Sequence record: LT960552.1
Strand: one strand, 5' to 3'
DNA: 64,000 nt
Shown: piece after piece, positions 36,132 through 46,537 of the stretch
Numbering within the stretch: position 1 is the first letter of the stretch
Layout: every line of letters starts with the position of its first letter
The notes under the pieces: model-generated
What the model saw: the letters and a program-made list of their open reading frames with translations, nothing else
Databases searched by the model: none
Told to the model about the DNA's origin: nothing
Program-made: the position numbers and the translations under genes

Positions 36132-37045
36132 CATTAACAGTTGGATTACCAGGATGTGGTAAAACCACATGGGCGAATGAGCAAGTTCGAACATCACGGT
36201 CTAAAACCGTGAATGTAAACCTTGATGATGTTCGCCAAACAATGGCAGGTTCACATAGTAATTACAAGTTCCGCAAAGACAACGAACAGTACATGCAAAA
36301 CGCTCAGTACAGTGCAGCAGAACATGCAGCAGTTAATGGTTGGAATATCATTGTATCAGATACAAATTTAAACCCAACTGTTCGCAATAAGTGGAAAGAA
36401 TTTGCTAAAAAATATAATTACACTTACAAAGAACATAGCTTCTTAGAAGAATATAAGAAAGATAAAACTTTCGAACATAATTTCTTTGCAGTGAAAGGGT
36501 TTGTTAAACAATGTAAAGAACGTAACCTTTTGCGTGAAAAATCAGTACCAGAAGATGTAATTGATGGAATGGCTGAAAAGTACTTCTATAATACAATGAA
36601 AGTTGAAACTCCAACGGTATTTGATTTGGAAGACGTAATCATTGTTGATATCGATGGTACTCTTGCACATATGGATGGTAAACGTGGTCCATATGAAGAA
36701 AACAAAGTACTATTAGATACTCCAGATTCTGAAGTAATTCTTTCAGTACTGGCTGAAAAGAACTATCTAGGTCGTAAAGTAATCGTCATGAGTGGTCGTC
36801 ATGTAACTTGCCAAGAAGATACAGAAGCATGGTTACAGAAGTACGGAGTACCATATGATCATATCTTCATGCGTAAAGCTGATGACAATCGTTCTGATGA
36901 TATTGTGAAGTACGAGCTTTACATGGAACACGTACACAACAAATACAACGTTGCGAAAATCTATGATGATCGTGATCAAGTATGTTTCATGTGGCGGCAT
37001 CTATTAGGTCTTAAAGTATTACAAGTTGCTGAAGGTAACTTTTAA
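36119..37045 (+). CDS. pseT: polynucleotide 5'-kinase/3'-phosphatase (T4 PseT-like)
   Basis: P-loop GLPGCGKTT; HAD motif DIDGT; SGR; DDR. Confidence 0.93.
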   Translation: MPTLTLTVGLPGCGKTTWANEQVRTSRSKTVNVNLDDVRQTMAGSHSNYKFRKDNEQYMQNAQYSAAEHAAVNGWNIIVSDTNLNPTVRNKWKEFAKKYNYTYKEHSFLEEYKKDKTFEHNFFAVKGFVKQCKERNLLREKSVPEDVIDGMAEKYFYNTMKVETPTVFDLEDVIIVDIDGTLAHMDGKRGPYEENKVLLDTPDSEVILSVLAEKNYLGRKVIVMSGRHVTCQEDTEAWLQKYGVPYDHIFMRKADDNRSDDIVKYELYMEHVHNKYNVAKIYDDRDQVCFMWRHLLGLKVLQVAEGNF

Positions 37046-37105
37046 TAATCAGTAGGGGATATAAAAATATCCCCTATTTTTAATTAATAAAATAAGGAGT
37101 TTAAC

Positions 37106-37288
37106 ATGGCTTGTGTTGTATATAAAATTATTAAAAAAGGTCAAACATCAATATATGATATTATTATTCATGATGATGAATATTGGTTTGGAACAGCTTT
37201 AATTCATGGTGGTGGAATTAGAGAAACGTTAGAAAAGAGATATCCAGATGATGAGTACAGAATAGACGTACACTTTAGGGTTGATTAA
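37106..37288 (+). CDS. hypothetical protein
   Basis: AGGAG RBS. Confidence 0.7.
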   Translation: MACVVYKIIKKGQTSIYDIIIHDDEYWFGTALIHGGGIRETLEKRYPDDEYRIDVHFRVD

Positions 37289-37554
37289 TGTATACTATAC
37301 ACGATAAAATGCTTATTAGAAATATTGCTGACTTGATTATTGAAGATCCTTCAATGTTTAAAACTATTGATATTGGTGAAAATGTAACTATAATATTTCC
37401 ACCAATGAAAGATTTGGTAGAGTACTTATATAGTACTGATTATGTTGATTTAAGTACTATTAAAAGTTTAGTTGCTGATATTTCTGATATATCTGTTCGT
37501 AATATATTCCAATCAGCTATAGGACAATGGAATAATTTAAGAACTTATGAATAA
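37288..37554 (+). CDS. hypothetical protein
   Basis: coupled ORF. Confidence 0.7.
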   Translation: MYTIHDKMLIRNIADLIIEDPSMFKTIDIGENVTIIFPPMKDLVEYLYSTDYVDLSTIKSLVADISDISVRNIFQSAIGQWNNLRTYE

Positions 37555-37563
37555 AAAATTCGA

Positions 37564-37770
37564 TTGGGGTTAATAATGGAAAAAACAATATATCTATTTT
37601 ACTATACAAGTTATGAAATTGTAGACCATGATCATGAATACAATTCTGTATATGAAGATGTACATTATAATTTAGGATCATTTTCAGATTTACAAAACGG
37701 ATTAGAGTACTATCAAAGTAAGTACCCTGATAAAGAAATAAAATATCAAACTGTTCGTCTTAATGATTGA
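37564..37770 (+). CDS. hypothetical protein
   Basis: ORF in operon. Confidence 0.65.
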   Translation: MGLIMEKTIYLFYYTSYEIVDHDHEYNSVYEDVHYNLGSFSDLQNGLEYYQSKYPDKEIKYQTVRLND

Positions 37771-37784
37771 ATTGAGGATTAAAC

Positions 37785-37952
37785 ATGAGCTTTGTTGCTT
37801 TTCTTATTTGGCTTTTCTTGATGGTAATTACCTTCATTAAAGCACGTGACTATGGTCGTTCTAAACTATTATGGGTTGTTATTGGTTTAGTACTATCACC
37901 TATTCTTTCACTTATTGGCTTACTAATTTTGGGGAAATCTTATGACCGTTGA
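37785..37952 (+). CDS. small membrane protein (55 aa)
   Basis: GAGGA RBS, two TM segments; missed by the track. Confidence 0.7.
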   Translation: MSFVAFLIWLFLMVITFIKARDYGRSKLLWVVIGLVLSPILSLIGLLILGKSYDR

Positions 37953-38367
37953 AATTAAATTAAATGGTAAAACTTATGAATTACCAGATGATATTGATAT
38001 CATGGATAATCCTAGTGATGACCGTGTTATTAAATTAAACTTATCTCGCTCTGATCTGAGTGAAGGTATTTGGATTGTGATTCATGAAAAAGATTTAGAA
38101 GATTATAAAAATGGTGTTTTTGATGAAGAATACACTCGTGTATGTTCTTTATCAAATCATGCAGTTTGTGGTATTCCGTGGGGTGCATATGTACCATATA
38201 AATTACAAGGTACAGAACGTCCAATCTCCGTATTTGAAGATATTATTAATACTGAAACCGATGAAGTATATTTTCCGTTTAAAGTACAAGTAGCATACGA
38301 AGAAGCTAATTTTGTCGAAGAAGAATTCTTAGATGAAGAAGCTGACGATCAAGATCTTAAAGATTAA
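37942..38367 (+). CDS. acidic hypothetical protein
   Basis: ORF; terminator follows. Confidence 0.8.
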   Translation: MTVEIKLNGKTYELPDDIDIMDNPSDDRVIKLNLSRSDLSEGIWIVIHEKDLEDYKNGVFDEEYTRVCSLSNHAVCGIPWGAYVPYKLQGTERPISVFEDIINTETDEVYFPFKVQVAYEEANFVEEEFLDEEADDQDLKD

Positions 38368-38413
38368 ATTTAATCAATAGCCGAAGAGATTCGGCTTTTT
38401 AATAGGTAATATT

Positions 38414-38767
38414 ATGAGTGAAAGACAATTTGGTGAATACCAGCATGAGTTAGAACTGAATGGTAGAATTGATGATATTGATTCACGTCAATCATTTTAC
38501 AGCAACTTAATGATAATTTATAATCTTGTAGTAGCTTTCGATGATGATTATTGGTCTGATGATGAAGATGTAGACCCTAACGAACTTTTTAGAAATTATA
38601 CAACATTAACTCTTGAAGTACTACAAAATATTAAAGATGGTATTAGTATTGATGGTGATAGTGCTAGTTATGAAATTAATTTTATGTTTGATGTTCTTGA
38701 AGGTGGTGATATGAATGATTCATTTGGCACTGAAGGTTGGCGTCATAATTTAGGATGGGGCGAATGA
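38414..38767 (+). CDS. acidic hypothetical protein
   Basis: ORF. Confidence 0.75.
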   Translation: MSERQFGEYQHELELNGRIDDIDSRQSFYSNLMIIYNLVVAFDDDYWSDDEDVDPNELFRNYTTLTLEVLQNIKDGISIDGDSASYEINFMFDVLEGGDMNDSFGTEGWRHNLGWGE

Positions 38768-38967
38768 TGGTTATTTTTGGATTAGTTTGTATTATCTATT
38801 TTTCAATAGCATTTATTGTATTTTTGCATTTTGTATTAACTGAAACATCAGGTAATATATTTGATGGAATTGTATTAATTATTGCGGTAGGTATTGCATG
38901 TTTATGGCCTGTATTTTCTGTATATTATATATTAGAATGGTATAACAATAAAAAGAGAAAAAAATGA
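38755..38967 (+). CDS. membrane protein
   Basis: two TM segments. Confidence 0.7.
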   Translation: MGRMMVIFGLVCIIYFSIAFIVFLHFVLTETSGNIFDGIVLIIAVGIACLWPVFSVYYILEWYNNKKRKK

Positions 38968-39203
38968 AAAAAATATTGACAGTATTGTTGATTTCTTTTA
39001 TACTTTCTGGATGTGATGGTAAATCCGAGAATCGTACTGAAAAATATGATTTACCAACTGAATTAAAAGATTGTCAGATATATAAACTCACTTCTAATAG
39101 TACAAGTAAGACGTTGTATGTAGTACGCTGCCCTAATTCATCTACACAAACAACATTTAATTCTGGCAAAAATAACAGTACTTCAATTTCTTATAATGAG
39201 TGA
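38964..39203 (+). CDS. lipoprotein
   Basis: signal peptide with lipobox LSGC. Confidence 0.8.
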   Translation: MKKILTVLLISFILSGCDGKSENRTEKYDLPTELKDCQIYKLTSNSTSKTLYVVRCPNSSTQTTFNSGKNNSTSISYNE

Positions 39204-39570
39204 TAAAAATATGGAAAAAGTATATGTATCGGTAGATGGAATTGAATTTAGTTCTAAAGAAGATTTATTAGAATATCAAAAGTTAGCAGAGTTAGCAGGT
39301 AATGACTTTGCTGAAAAACGTAGACAGTACTTAATACTTAAAGAAATTTCTAATAATGCGTTAAATGAACTATTGAAATTTCAAGAAGAATGTACGCATG
39401 AATATGTTCAAATACGAGCACGTTCAGACACTGGTAACTATGACCCTTCACAAGATTCATATTGGTATGAAATAAAATGTAAGTGTTGTAATAAACGGTG
39501 GGACGAAGATCAATCTGATTCTCAATACAGAGGAAAATTAGATGATAAAAAAGTTGAAAGGATACGATAA
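39196..39570 (+). CDS. hypothetical protein (Cys/His, possible Zn site)
   Basis: CTH...CKCC. Confidence 0.75.
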   Translation: MSDKNMEKVYVSVDGIEFSSKEDLLEYQKLAELAGNDFAEKRRQYLILKEISNNALNELLKFQEECTHEYVQIRARSDTGNYDPSQDSYWYEIKCKCCNKRWDEDQSDSQYRGKLDDKKVERIR

Positions 39571-39800
39571 TGATAGTAGCAATGAGTATTACTAGTGAAT
39601 CAAGTGATCACTATTTGGAATTATTTGTTGATAAAACAGTAGAACAAATCAAAGAAGAATTATATGACAATATGGAAATGTATGAACCAGTTAGTGATTA
39701 TGCAGTAACCTTTGATGATAATACTACACCATCTGAAAAAACGCAAGTTGAAACCATGTTATCAGATTGGTATAACCACTCGTGGGGGAATGATGAATAA
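39570..39800 (+). CDS. hypothetical protein
   Basis: coupled ORF. Confidence 0.7.
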   Translation: MIVAMSITSESSDHYLELFVDKTVEQIKEELYDNMEMYEPVSDYAVTFDDNTTPSEKTQVETMLSDWYNHSWGNDE

Positions 39801-40047
39801 CGAAAAATCAGGAATTGAATACACTTTACTTGAAAGTTGGGAAGGGTGGGACGAATATGGTATATCAGATTTATATTTTTATAATGTAAAGCTTAACGTT
39901 GAAATATTTGGTGAAGATTTCATTAAACAATATGTAGGACGTACATTAAATTTAGGTATGTATCTTTCAACTAGTACTATTGAAGTTTATGTTTCTGGTG
40001 AAGATGATCCAGTATTGATTAAAAATGTGAAATTATGTTTGGTCTGA
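39790..40047 (+). CDS. hypothetical protein
   Basis: start refined after GGGGG. Confidence 0.7.
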   Translation: MMNNEKSGIEYTLLESWEGWDEYGISDLYFYNVKLNVEIFGEDFIKQYVGRTLNLGMYLSTSTIEVYVSGEDDPVLIKNVKLCLV

Positions 40048-40080
40048 GTCTTTGACTCAGTTTTAATTAAGGAAACTTAT

Positions 40081-40332
40081 ATGGCAATTTTTATTGTATT
40101 ATATTTGGTTGGATTTATTTCAACTATTATGTATTATATTATGTATAAAATTAAATGTGTTGAAAATGGTTCAGTTTCATTTGGTGATATTATTTTTTGT
40201 TTTATATTATCATCATTTGGGTGGATGTTAGTACCACTAATTGTATGTGCTGAAATTATTGAGAACAATTATGGTTCAAGAATTAATAAATTTTTCAGTA
40301 CTCCATTATTTAAAGCTAAAGGTGATTTGTGA
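40081..40332 (+). CDS. membrane protein
   Basis: two TM segments. Confidence 0.7.
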   Translation: MAIFIVLYLVGFISTIMYYIMYKIKCVENGSVSFGDIIFCFILSSFGWMLVPLIVCAEIIENNYGSRINKFFSTPLFKAKGDL

Positions 40333-41108
40333 AATATGTAAAAGTACTGGATATTCCAGATGAAAAAAATGTTTATATAATTGGTGATATTCATGGTAAT
40401 TTTGAACTATTTAAAAAGACGTTACATGAATTAGGAATTACTGATGATGATGTATTAATTAGTGTAGGTGATTTAGTTGATCGTGGTAGAAATAATTCTA
40501 AAATGTTATTTGAATTTTTGAATAAAGAAAACCGATATATGGTATTAGGTAATCACGAAGATATGATGATGCGTGGTCGTACTAGCCGTGAATGGTATTT
40601 CAACTGGTTACAAAATGGTGGACAAACTACATTAGATGAAATAGGTTCACCTGGAATTAACCATTTTTGTACTTTACTTGAAGATGTACCTCATATTATT
40701 GAAGTTAATCATCGTGGGTATAAATTGGGAATTGCACATGCTGGGATTCCAAATTATCCAAACGTAAGTGATTGGGAAACTATAAAGAAATGGACAGAAG
40801 AACATGGTGATTATAGACATCAACTTCTTTGGGATAGAGATGCTATTCAAATGGCTCGATATGACTTTGAATTACCAGATAATGAAAAATTAGAAAGAAT
40901 TATTTCTGGTGTTGACTATGTTATTCATGGACATACAGGTGTTCCTCATAAGTTTGCATTTGGTAATAGAGTATGGATTGATACCCAATTCCGTAGTGGT
41001 CAATTTACTATTGCAACAATGGATGATGACCATTTAATGAAGTACTACACAGTTGTACCCGATGAATGGGGTGCAGAAGCTGGTTATGAAATAAAGGAAA
41101 CAAAATAA
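40329..41108 (+). CDS. serine/threonine protein phosphatase (NinI/PphA-like metallophosphoesterase)
   Basis: GDIHG, GDLVDRG, GNHE, HAG, GHT. Confidence 0.9.
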   Translation: MKYVKVLDIPDEKNVYIIGDIHGNFELFKKTLHELGITDDDVLISVGDLVDRGRNNSKMLFEFLNKENRYMVLGNHEDMMMRGRTSREWYFNWLQNGGQTTLDEIGSPGINHFCTLLEDVPHIIEVNHRGYKLGIAHAGIPNYPNVSDWETIKKWTEEHGDYRHQLLWDRDAIQMARYDFELPDNEKLERIISGVDYVIHGHTGVPHKFAFGNRVWIDTQFRSGQFTIATMDDDHLMKYYTVVPDEWGAEAGYEIKETK

Positions 41109-41590
41109 TGCGTTTATATAGTATTACAAATATGTACACTGATGGTATTCATGCAGGTATACAAACACAACATAGTACTGTTCGTTTATTCGTGAAGTAT
41201 GATAAATCTCGTGGGGATTCTTTCCCACAAGAAGATATGTTATATGAATGGGCATACAATCATGAAACTACTGTAGTACTTAATGGTGGTATGCATGATT
41301 CACTTAAATCAGTACTTACAATTTTGGAAGAATGGGAACGACATAATGTAAATGAAGTACTTCCATTTGCACCGTTTTGGGAACCAGGTATTAACAATGC
41401 ATTGACTAGTATTTGTATTATTATGCCACAAGATGCTATTGATTTTATGTCTGAAATTCGTGCAAAGAAACCACGTAATGATATTATGACTCCTGAATAT
41501 ACAGAGTTATATCATAATATTCGAGTAGCATATGGAAATCATGCTTTCAAGTTATTTGAAACAGTTGCATTCTTACCACTAGCAAAATAA
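41108..41590 (+). CDS. possible peptidyl-tRNA hydrolase 2-like protein
   Basis: GIQ..H, W...HETTVVLNGG, F.EPGINNALTSI pattern. Confidence 0.45.
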   Translation: MRLYSITNMYTDGIHAGIQTQHSTVRLFVKYDKSRGDSFPQEDMLYEWAYNHETTVVLNGGMHDSLKSVLTILEEWERHNVNEVLPFAPFWEPGINNALTSICIIMPQDAIDFMSEIRAKKPRNDIMTPEYTELYHNIRVAYGNHAFKLFETVAFLPLAK

Positions 41591-41599
41591 GGTAAATTT

Positions 41600-42835
41600 A
41601 TGAGTACTAAAATCCCTGAGAAGTTTTATGTTTCACGTGTATACCGTAGTACAGAAGAAATTCTAGGTTTCATGGTAGTTGCTGATAATGAAAGTACTAA
41701 GACATTTCAAAAAGCCAAAGAACGTGCTGATAGTTGGACACATAATTCTTCTAATCCATTGTCCCCACTTTATGTTGATAACACTCCACGTTCTGGTTTC
41801 CGTTTAGTTACAAATGTAAGTCGTTATAGTACTTCCAATGTGGTATGGCGTATTATGCACCCTGAAGGTTTTGAATTTGAAATCACTTCTGATAACATGT
41901 GTGATTTGTTGGAAACGAATACTATTGTTGAAGGTGAATTCCAAGATGAATTATTCTTTACACATAATCGTAAATTAGTAAATCAAAAAACAAAACTATT
42001 TGCTGAAATGATTCGTCAAGAAGAAAAGAAAAAAGAAACTATTGAAAAAGTTAAAGAATTAGAACCTGGATGTATTATTGCTGTACCTAATCAGTACAGT
42101 TATCGTAATCCACCACCTCCACCTGATAAGTATGTGTACTGTGGTAAGTTCCATTCTATTAATGTTAATAGTAATAACCCGATGGTTCTTGGAGCAAAGA
42201 GTTCTTTGCGTTATGTAGTTCGTGAAGTAAGTACTGGTAACTATTATTGCCTATCTAAAATTTCTAGTGAATTTACTGCGTTGAATATACATGAAGATAT
42301 TGACCGTGAAAAGGTTATACGAGAATTCAATGAGCAAATTCGTAGTGATAAGGTACATGTTGTACGTTATTATCAAACTGGATATGTGCAAAATGCAGTT
42401 GACCCAGTTCTTATTAATGAAAAACCATTTACTAAAGATAAATTAAAAATGGAATTCATTAAACAACCTATGAAAGATATTTCAGTAATTGATGATACAA
42501 AAATCTATGTTTATAATGAACAACGAGTTTTTGGATTCGGACTTATGAATAATGGTGGTCAATTGTATGTTAACACAGATAAAAATGCGTACAGTAATCA
42601 TAGCATGGTAGCTTCTAAACTATTAGTATATCCAATTTCATCTATTGATGAATGTAATGTTCCTCAAATTAATGTTGATTTGTCTAAACATAAAGGAATT
42701 GATAATTATAATTCTAGTAGTTCTGCATTCGGAACACGAGATCGATATGGTCGTGTTGGTAATAATAAACCAGAACTACGTCACGTTGATATTCCAGAAA
42801 AAATTGAAGTTGGGTATTACACACTAGGGGAATAA
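41600..42835 (+). CDS. hypothetical protein
   Basis: long ORF. Confidence 0.8.
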   Translation: MSTKIPEKFYVSRVYRSTEEILGFMVVADNESTKTFQKAKERADSWTHNSSNPLSPLYVDNTPRSGFRLVTNVSRYSTSNVVWRIMHPEGFEFEITSDNMCDLLETNTIVEGEFQDELFFTHNRKLVNQKTKLFAEMIRQEEKKKETIEKVKELEPGCIIAVPNQYSYRNPPPPPDKYVYCGKFHSINVNSNNPMVLGAKSSLRYVVREVSTGNYYCLSKISSEFTALNIHEDIDREKVIREFNEQIRSDKVHVVRYYQTGYVQNAVDPVLINEKPFTKDKLKMEFIKQPMKDISVIDDTKIYVYNEQRVFGFGLMNNGGQLYVNTDKNAYSNHSMVASKLLVYPISSIDECNVPQINVDLSKHKGIDNYNSSSSAFGTRDRYGRVGNNKPELRHVDIPEKIEVGYYTLGE

Positions 42836-42860
42836 TATTCCCCTGTTATAAGGAGATAAC

Positions 42861-44276
42861 ATGTCAGTACTTGATATTATTTTAAAAATTAAAGAAACTG
42901 CTAGTACTAATGCTAAAAAGGATATTCTTAAAGAGAATATTGATAATGAAGATTTAAAAAGAGTAATTAAACTTGCTTTAGAACCTTCAATTGTCAGTGG
43001 TATTAAAAAAATACCTGAACCAATTAGTACTGACAAAAGTATTACTCTTTCTGAAGCACTAACATCATTAGATAAACTTTATAATCGTACAGTAACGGGT
43101 AATGCTGCTCGACAATTTCTTGGTGAACTTTTGGGTTCAGTAACTGATTGTGATGCTGATATTATTCGTCGAGTAGTACTAAAGAATTTAGATTGTGGAA
43201 TACAAGAAAAAAATGCTAATGATGTATTTGGAAAACAGTTTATCAAAGATGAACCTTATATGCGTTGTTCATTGGTTGATGAGAAAACTGTAAAAAATAT
43301 CACATCATTTAAAACGCATGGCTATGCAGTTGTTGAAACAAAGATGGATGGTCAATATCTTAACAGTACTGTAGTAAATGATTCACTACTTTGTACATCA
43401 CGTAATGGTAAGATTTATGATTTTCTTGGTATGAAAGATGATGATATGCTTCGTTTAGCTAATAATGTTCAAGAATTAGATTCACGATTTAGTTCTGGTG
43501 TAGTATTCAATGGTGAATGCTTAATCATGGGTGATGATGGTAACGTAGTTAATCGGGAAACTGGTAATGGTATTATTCAAAAAGCTGGTAAAGATACTAT
43601 GTCTGATTCAGAAGCAATGCGTGTAGTATTTGTATTGTGGGATATTATACCGTATGATGCATTCTGTGATGGTATATGGGAAGTTGAAAGAAAAGAACGT
43701 CGTGAAATATTAGAACAAGCAATTAGTACTTTAGAATCTGAATTTGTTAGTCTAGTACAATATCGTAAAGTAAAAGATATTGGAGAAGCATTTGATTTCA
43801 ATACTGAAATGATTGATTCTGGTGAAGAAGGTTCAGTACTTAAATGTGAAAGTGGTATTTGGAAATCTCATACATCACCAAAGCAATTGAAAATGAAATT
43901 GAAGATGCAATTTGATTTGCGTATTGTTGGTTTCACTGAAGGTGAAGGTAAGCGTAAGGGGATGGTAGGTGCTATTTTGCTTGAATCTGAAGATGGCATT
44001 ATCACTGTAGGTTGTGGTACTGGTATTAAGGAAAAAGATCATGAATGGACATTCCAAACAATTTGGGATAAACGGGATGAACTTATGGGTAAAATTGTTA
44101 TGGTTGAAAGTAATTCATTGACCAAAGAAAAACGTACTGGTAAAATGAGTATCTTCTTACCATCATTCCAAGAATTCCGTTTTGATAAAGATGTAGCTGA
44201 TATATATGAACGTATTCTTGAAATTCGGGAATCCGCAGTTCATGTTCTTCGTGAAAAGTTGGCACGGTTAGAATGA
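42861..44276 (+). CDS. lig: ATP-dependent DNA ligase (T4 gp30-like)
   Basis: ETKMDG (KxDG), NGEC, WD, EG..LK, KMK, OB-fold FLP.F..FR.DK. Confidence 0.93.
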   Translation: MSVLDIILKIKETASTNAKKDILKENIDNEDLKRVIKLALEPSIVSGIKKIPEPISTDKSITLSEALTSLDKLYNRTVTGNAARQFLGELLGSVTDCDADIIRRVVLKNLDCGIQEKNANDVFGKQFIKDEPYMRCSLVDEKTVKNITSFKTHGYAVVETKMDGQYLNSTVVNDSLLCTSRNGKIYDFLGMKDDDMLRLANNVQELDSRFSSGVVFNGECLIMGDDGNVVNRETGNGIIQKAGKDTMSDSEAMRVVFVLWDIIPYDAFCDGIWEVERKERREILEQAISTLESEFVSLVQYRKVKDIGEAFDFNTEMIDSGEEGSVLKCESGIWKSHTSPKQLKMKLKMQFDLRIVGFTEGEGKRKGMVGAILLESEDGIITVGCGTGIKEKDHEWTFQTIWDKRDELMGKIVMVESNSLTKEKRTGKMSIFLPSFQEFRFDKDVADIYERILEIRESAVHVLREKLARLE

Positions 44277-44650
44277 TAATTTATACTAAAAGTTCTTTTA
44301 TGGAGCCTAAACAGGTTCTATATTTTGTACCATATTTGGACAAACATAGTTCATGGAACGGAATTATTGATTTTAAATTAATTCTCCAAAGCGAATTTAT
44401 TTCAATTATTGATGTGGATACAAATGAAAATTATATTATAAAAAATCGATACGAACGTATTGACAATACTTGGAATTCTGGTACACTATTATCATTAATG
44501 CGAGATGAGATTCAAATTGGTTCTGAAACTGAAGGGACTCGACATTCCTACAGTACTAAATTTAGATACAGTCCAAAATTGAATATTTCATCTTGTGAAA
44601 ACTTTGAAGAATATATAAAGGCTCTATATGAAATTCACAGAAATTTCTGA
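44273..44650 (+). CDS. hypothetical protein
   Basis: coupled ORF. Confidence 0.65.
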   Translation: MIIYTKSSFMEPKQVLYFVPYLDKHSSWNGIIDFKLILQSEFISIIDVDTNENYIIKNRYERIDNTWNSGTLLSLMRDEIQIGSETEGTRHSYSTKFRYSPKLNISSCENFEEYIKALYEIHRNF

Positions 44651-45431
44651 TATTCATGGTGAAATTGATTTCATAAAAGATATACCAGATCAAAAAGATA
44701 CAATTCTTCTTATCCCTGGTGATATACATGAAGTAAAAACATTTTCAGCTTATAGAACAATAATTGAAATACTTGTTAACAAGTATAAAGAAGTTGTTAT
44801 GGTTCCTGGAAATCATGAATATTATAAAAGTAATGTAACAAAAGTACATCGCAAATTAAAAGAACTTGATGATGAGTTCAGTACTTTTCATTTCTTGCAA
44901 GATGATTTTAGAATTTTCGAAGAAGGTGATGAAAAGGTTCTAGTACTTGGTGGAACATTATGGACTGACTTTGAAAATGGAAATCCCTTGACAAAGTTGA
45001 TGGCAAAGAGTATGATGAATGATTACCGATACATTAGGCATGGAACACCAGAATATTATTGGGGTCGTAAATTGATTCCTGATGATGTTGAATTTTTTCA
45101 TTACAAAACTAAAAATTTTATTAAAAAATGTATTGACGAACATCGTGTTTTGTGCGATAATATAAAAACAATTGTAATGACGCATCATGCTCCATCATAT
45201 CAAAGCGTTTCTGCACAATACCAAGATAGTAGTGCAAATGCATTTTATTGTTCAAATATGGATTATTATATTGGAGATATAAATCCAAATATATGGATTC
45301 ATGGACATACTCATACTTCCCATGATTATATGATTGGGGATACTCGTATTATTTGTAATCCAAGAGGATATGGTACTGGAAATGCTTATGAGAATAAAAA
45401 ATTTAACAGTACTCTAACGTTTGAGGTATAA
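44628..45431 (+). CDS. metallophosphoesterase
   Basis: SDIH, GD, GNHEYY, TLWTDF, THH.P, HGHTH. Confidence 0.9.
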   Translation: MKFTEISDIHGEIDFIKDIPDQKDTILLIPGDIHEVKTFSAYRTIIEILVNKYKEVVMVPGNHEYYKSNVTKVHRKLKELDDEFSTFHFLQDDFRIFEEGDEKVLVLGGTLWTDFENGNPLTKLMAKSMMNDYRYIRHGTPEYYWGRKLIPDDVEFFHYKTKNFIKKCIDEHRVLCDNIKTIVMTHHAPSYQSVSAQYQDSSANAFYCSNMDYYIGDINPNIWIHGHTHTSHDYMIGDTRIICNPRGYGTGNAYENKKFNSTLTFEV

Positions 45432-45433
45432 TC

Positions 45434-45859
45434 ATGGGTAGTTCAGACTCATTAATCAAATTAATGTCAATGGTTACTAATAATGCAAAAGTAACTATCA
45501 ATAACCAAACAATGTCATTTAGCGAAATGATTGTGAAAAAAACTTCTGATGGTGGAACCGTGGTAATGATTGACGGTGTACCTGCTGTTGGTGATGATGT
45601 AATTATCAACATTGAAGTTAACGGTGATGTTCAATCTATAACATTAGGTTCTGGTACTGTAAAATGTGCTAATGTTACAAATGGTATTAAAACAGTCTCA
45701 GGTGATATATTCTGTGAAAATGTTTATGGAAATATTACCAGTACATCAGGTGATGTACAATGTGATGACGTAGCTGGAAATATAAGTACAGTTTCGGGAG
45801 ATATAAATTGTGATGATATTGGCGGGAACGCAAGTACAATATCTGGAAACATTTACTAA
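45434..45859 (+). CDS. DUF4097/adhesin-like repeat protein
   Basis: repeated T.SGD(I/V).C...GN units. Confidence 0.7.
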   Translation: MGSSDSLIKLMSMVTNNAKVTINNQTMSFSEMIVKKTSDGGTVVMIDGVPAVGDDVIINIEVNGDVQSITLGSGTVKCANVTNGIKTVSGDIFCENVYGNITSTSGDVQCDDVAGNISTVSGDINCDDIGGNASTISGNIY

Positions 45860-45871
45860 TAAGGATAAATT

Positions 45872-46531
45872 ATGACTACTAATACTATTTCTATTCCATA
45901 TGTTCTAGAACGTTCTAGTGAAGGTGAACGTTCTTATGATCTAGCATCGCGTATGATGCAAGACCGCATTATCATGATTGATCATCAATTTGATGAAGCG
46001 ATGGCACACGTTGTTAAAATGCAGTTAATGTATCTTGATGCACGTAGTAATAACCCTATCTCTATCTATATCTCAAGTCCTGGTGGTTCCGTACATGATG
46101 GATTGGGTATTCGTGATGTAATTGGTAACTGTCGTTCACCTATTAAAACAATTGTAATGGGTTATGCTGCAAGTATGGGTTGCTATCTACAATCAGTTTG
46201 CGGTACATCAGGCCAACGGCTTGCTGGACAAAATGCTTATATTATGGCACACCAAGTTTCCAGTGGGACTAAGGGATTAGTAACTGACCAAGAAATTGCA
46301 TTAAATCATACTAAGTCTTTGAATAAATTATTAACATCACAAATTGCAGCCGCAGTAGGTGTTACACATGAACAATTCTTATTTGATTGTGACCGTGACC
46401 TATGGTTAAATGCCGAAGAAGCTCTTAACTATGGTGAATTAGGATTCATTGATGGTATTCTTGTTGGCGAACGTAATGACAAAGGTCAATACAAAGTTAA
46501 ACGCCGTGGTGGTTCGTTCGATTGGGTATAA
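45872..46531 (+). CDS. clpP: ClpP-like protease subunit
   Basis: SYDLASRMMQDRII, SPGGSV, AASMG (Ser), HQ (His), DRD (Asp). Confidence 0.9.
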   Translation: MTTNTISIPYVLERSSEGERSYDLASRMMQDRIIMIDHQFDEAMAHVVKMQLMYLDARSNNPISIYISSPGGSVHDGLGIRDVIGNCRSPIKTIVMGYAASMGCYLQSVCGTSGQRLAGQNAYIMAHQVSSGTKGLVTDQEIALNHTKSLNKLLTSQIAAAVGVTHEQFLFDCDRDLWLNAEEALNYGELGFIDGILVGERNDKGQYKVKRRGGSFDWV

Positions 46532-46537
46532 TGAACA

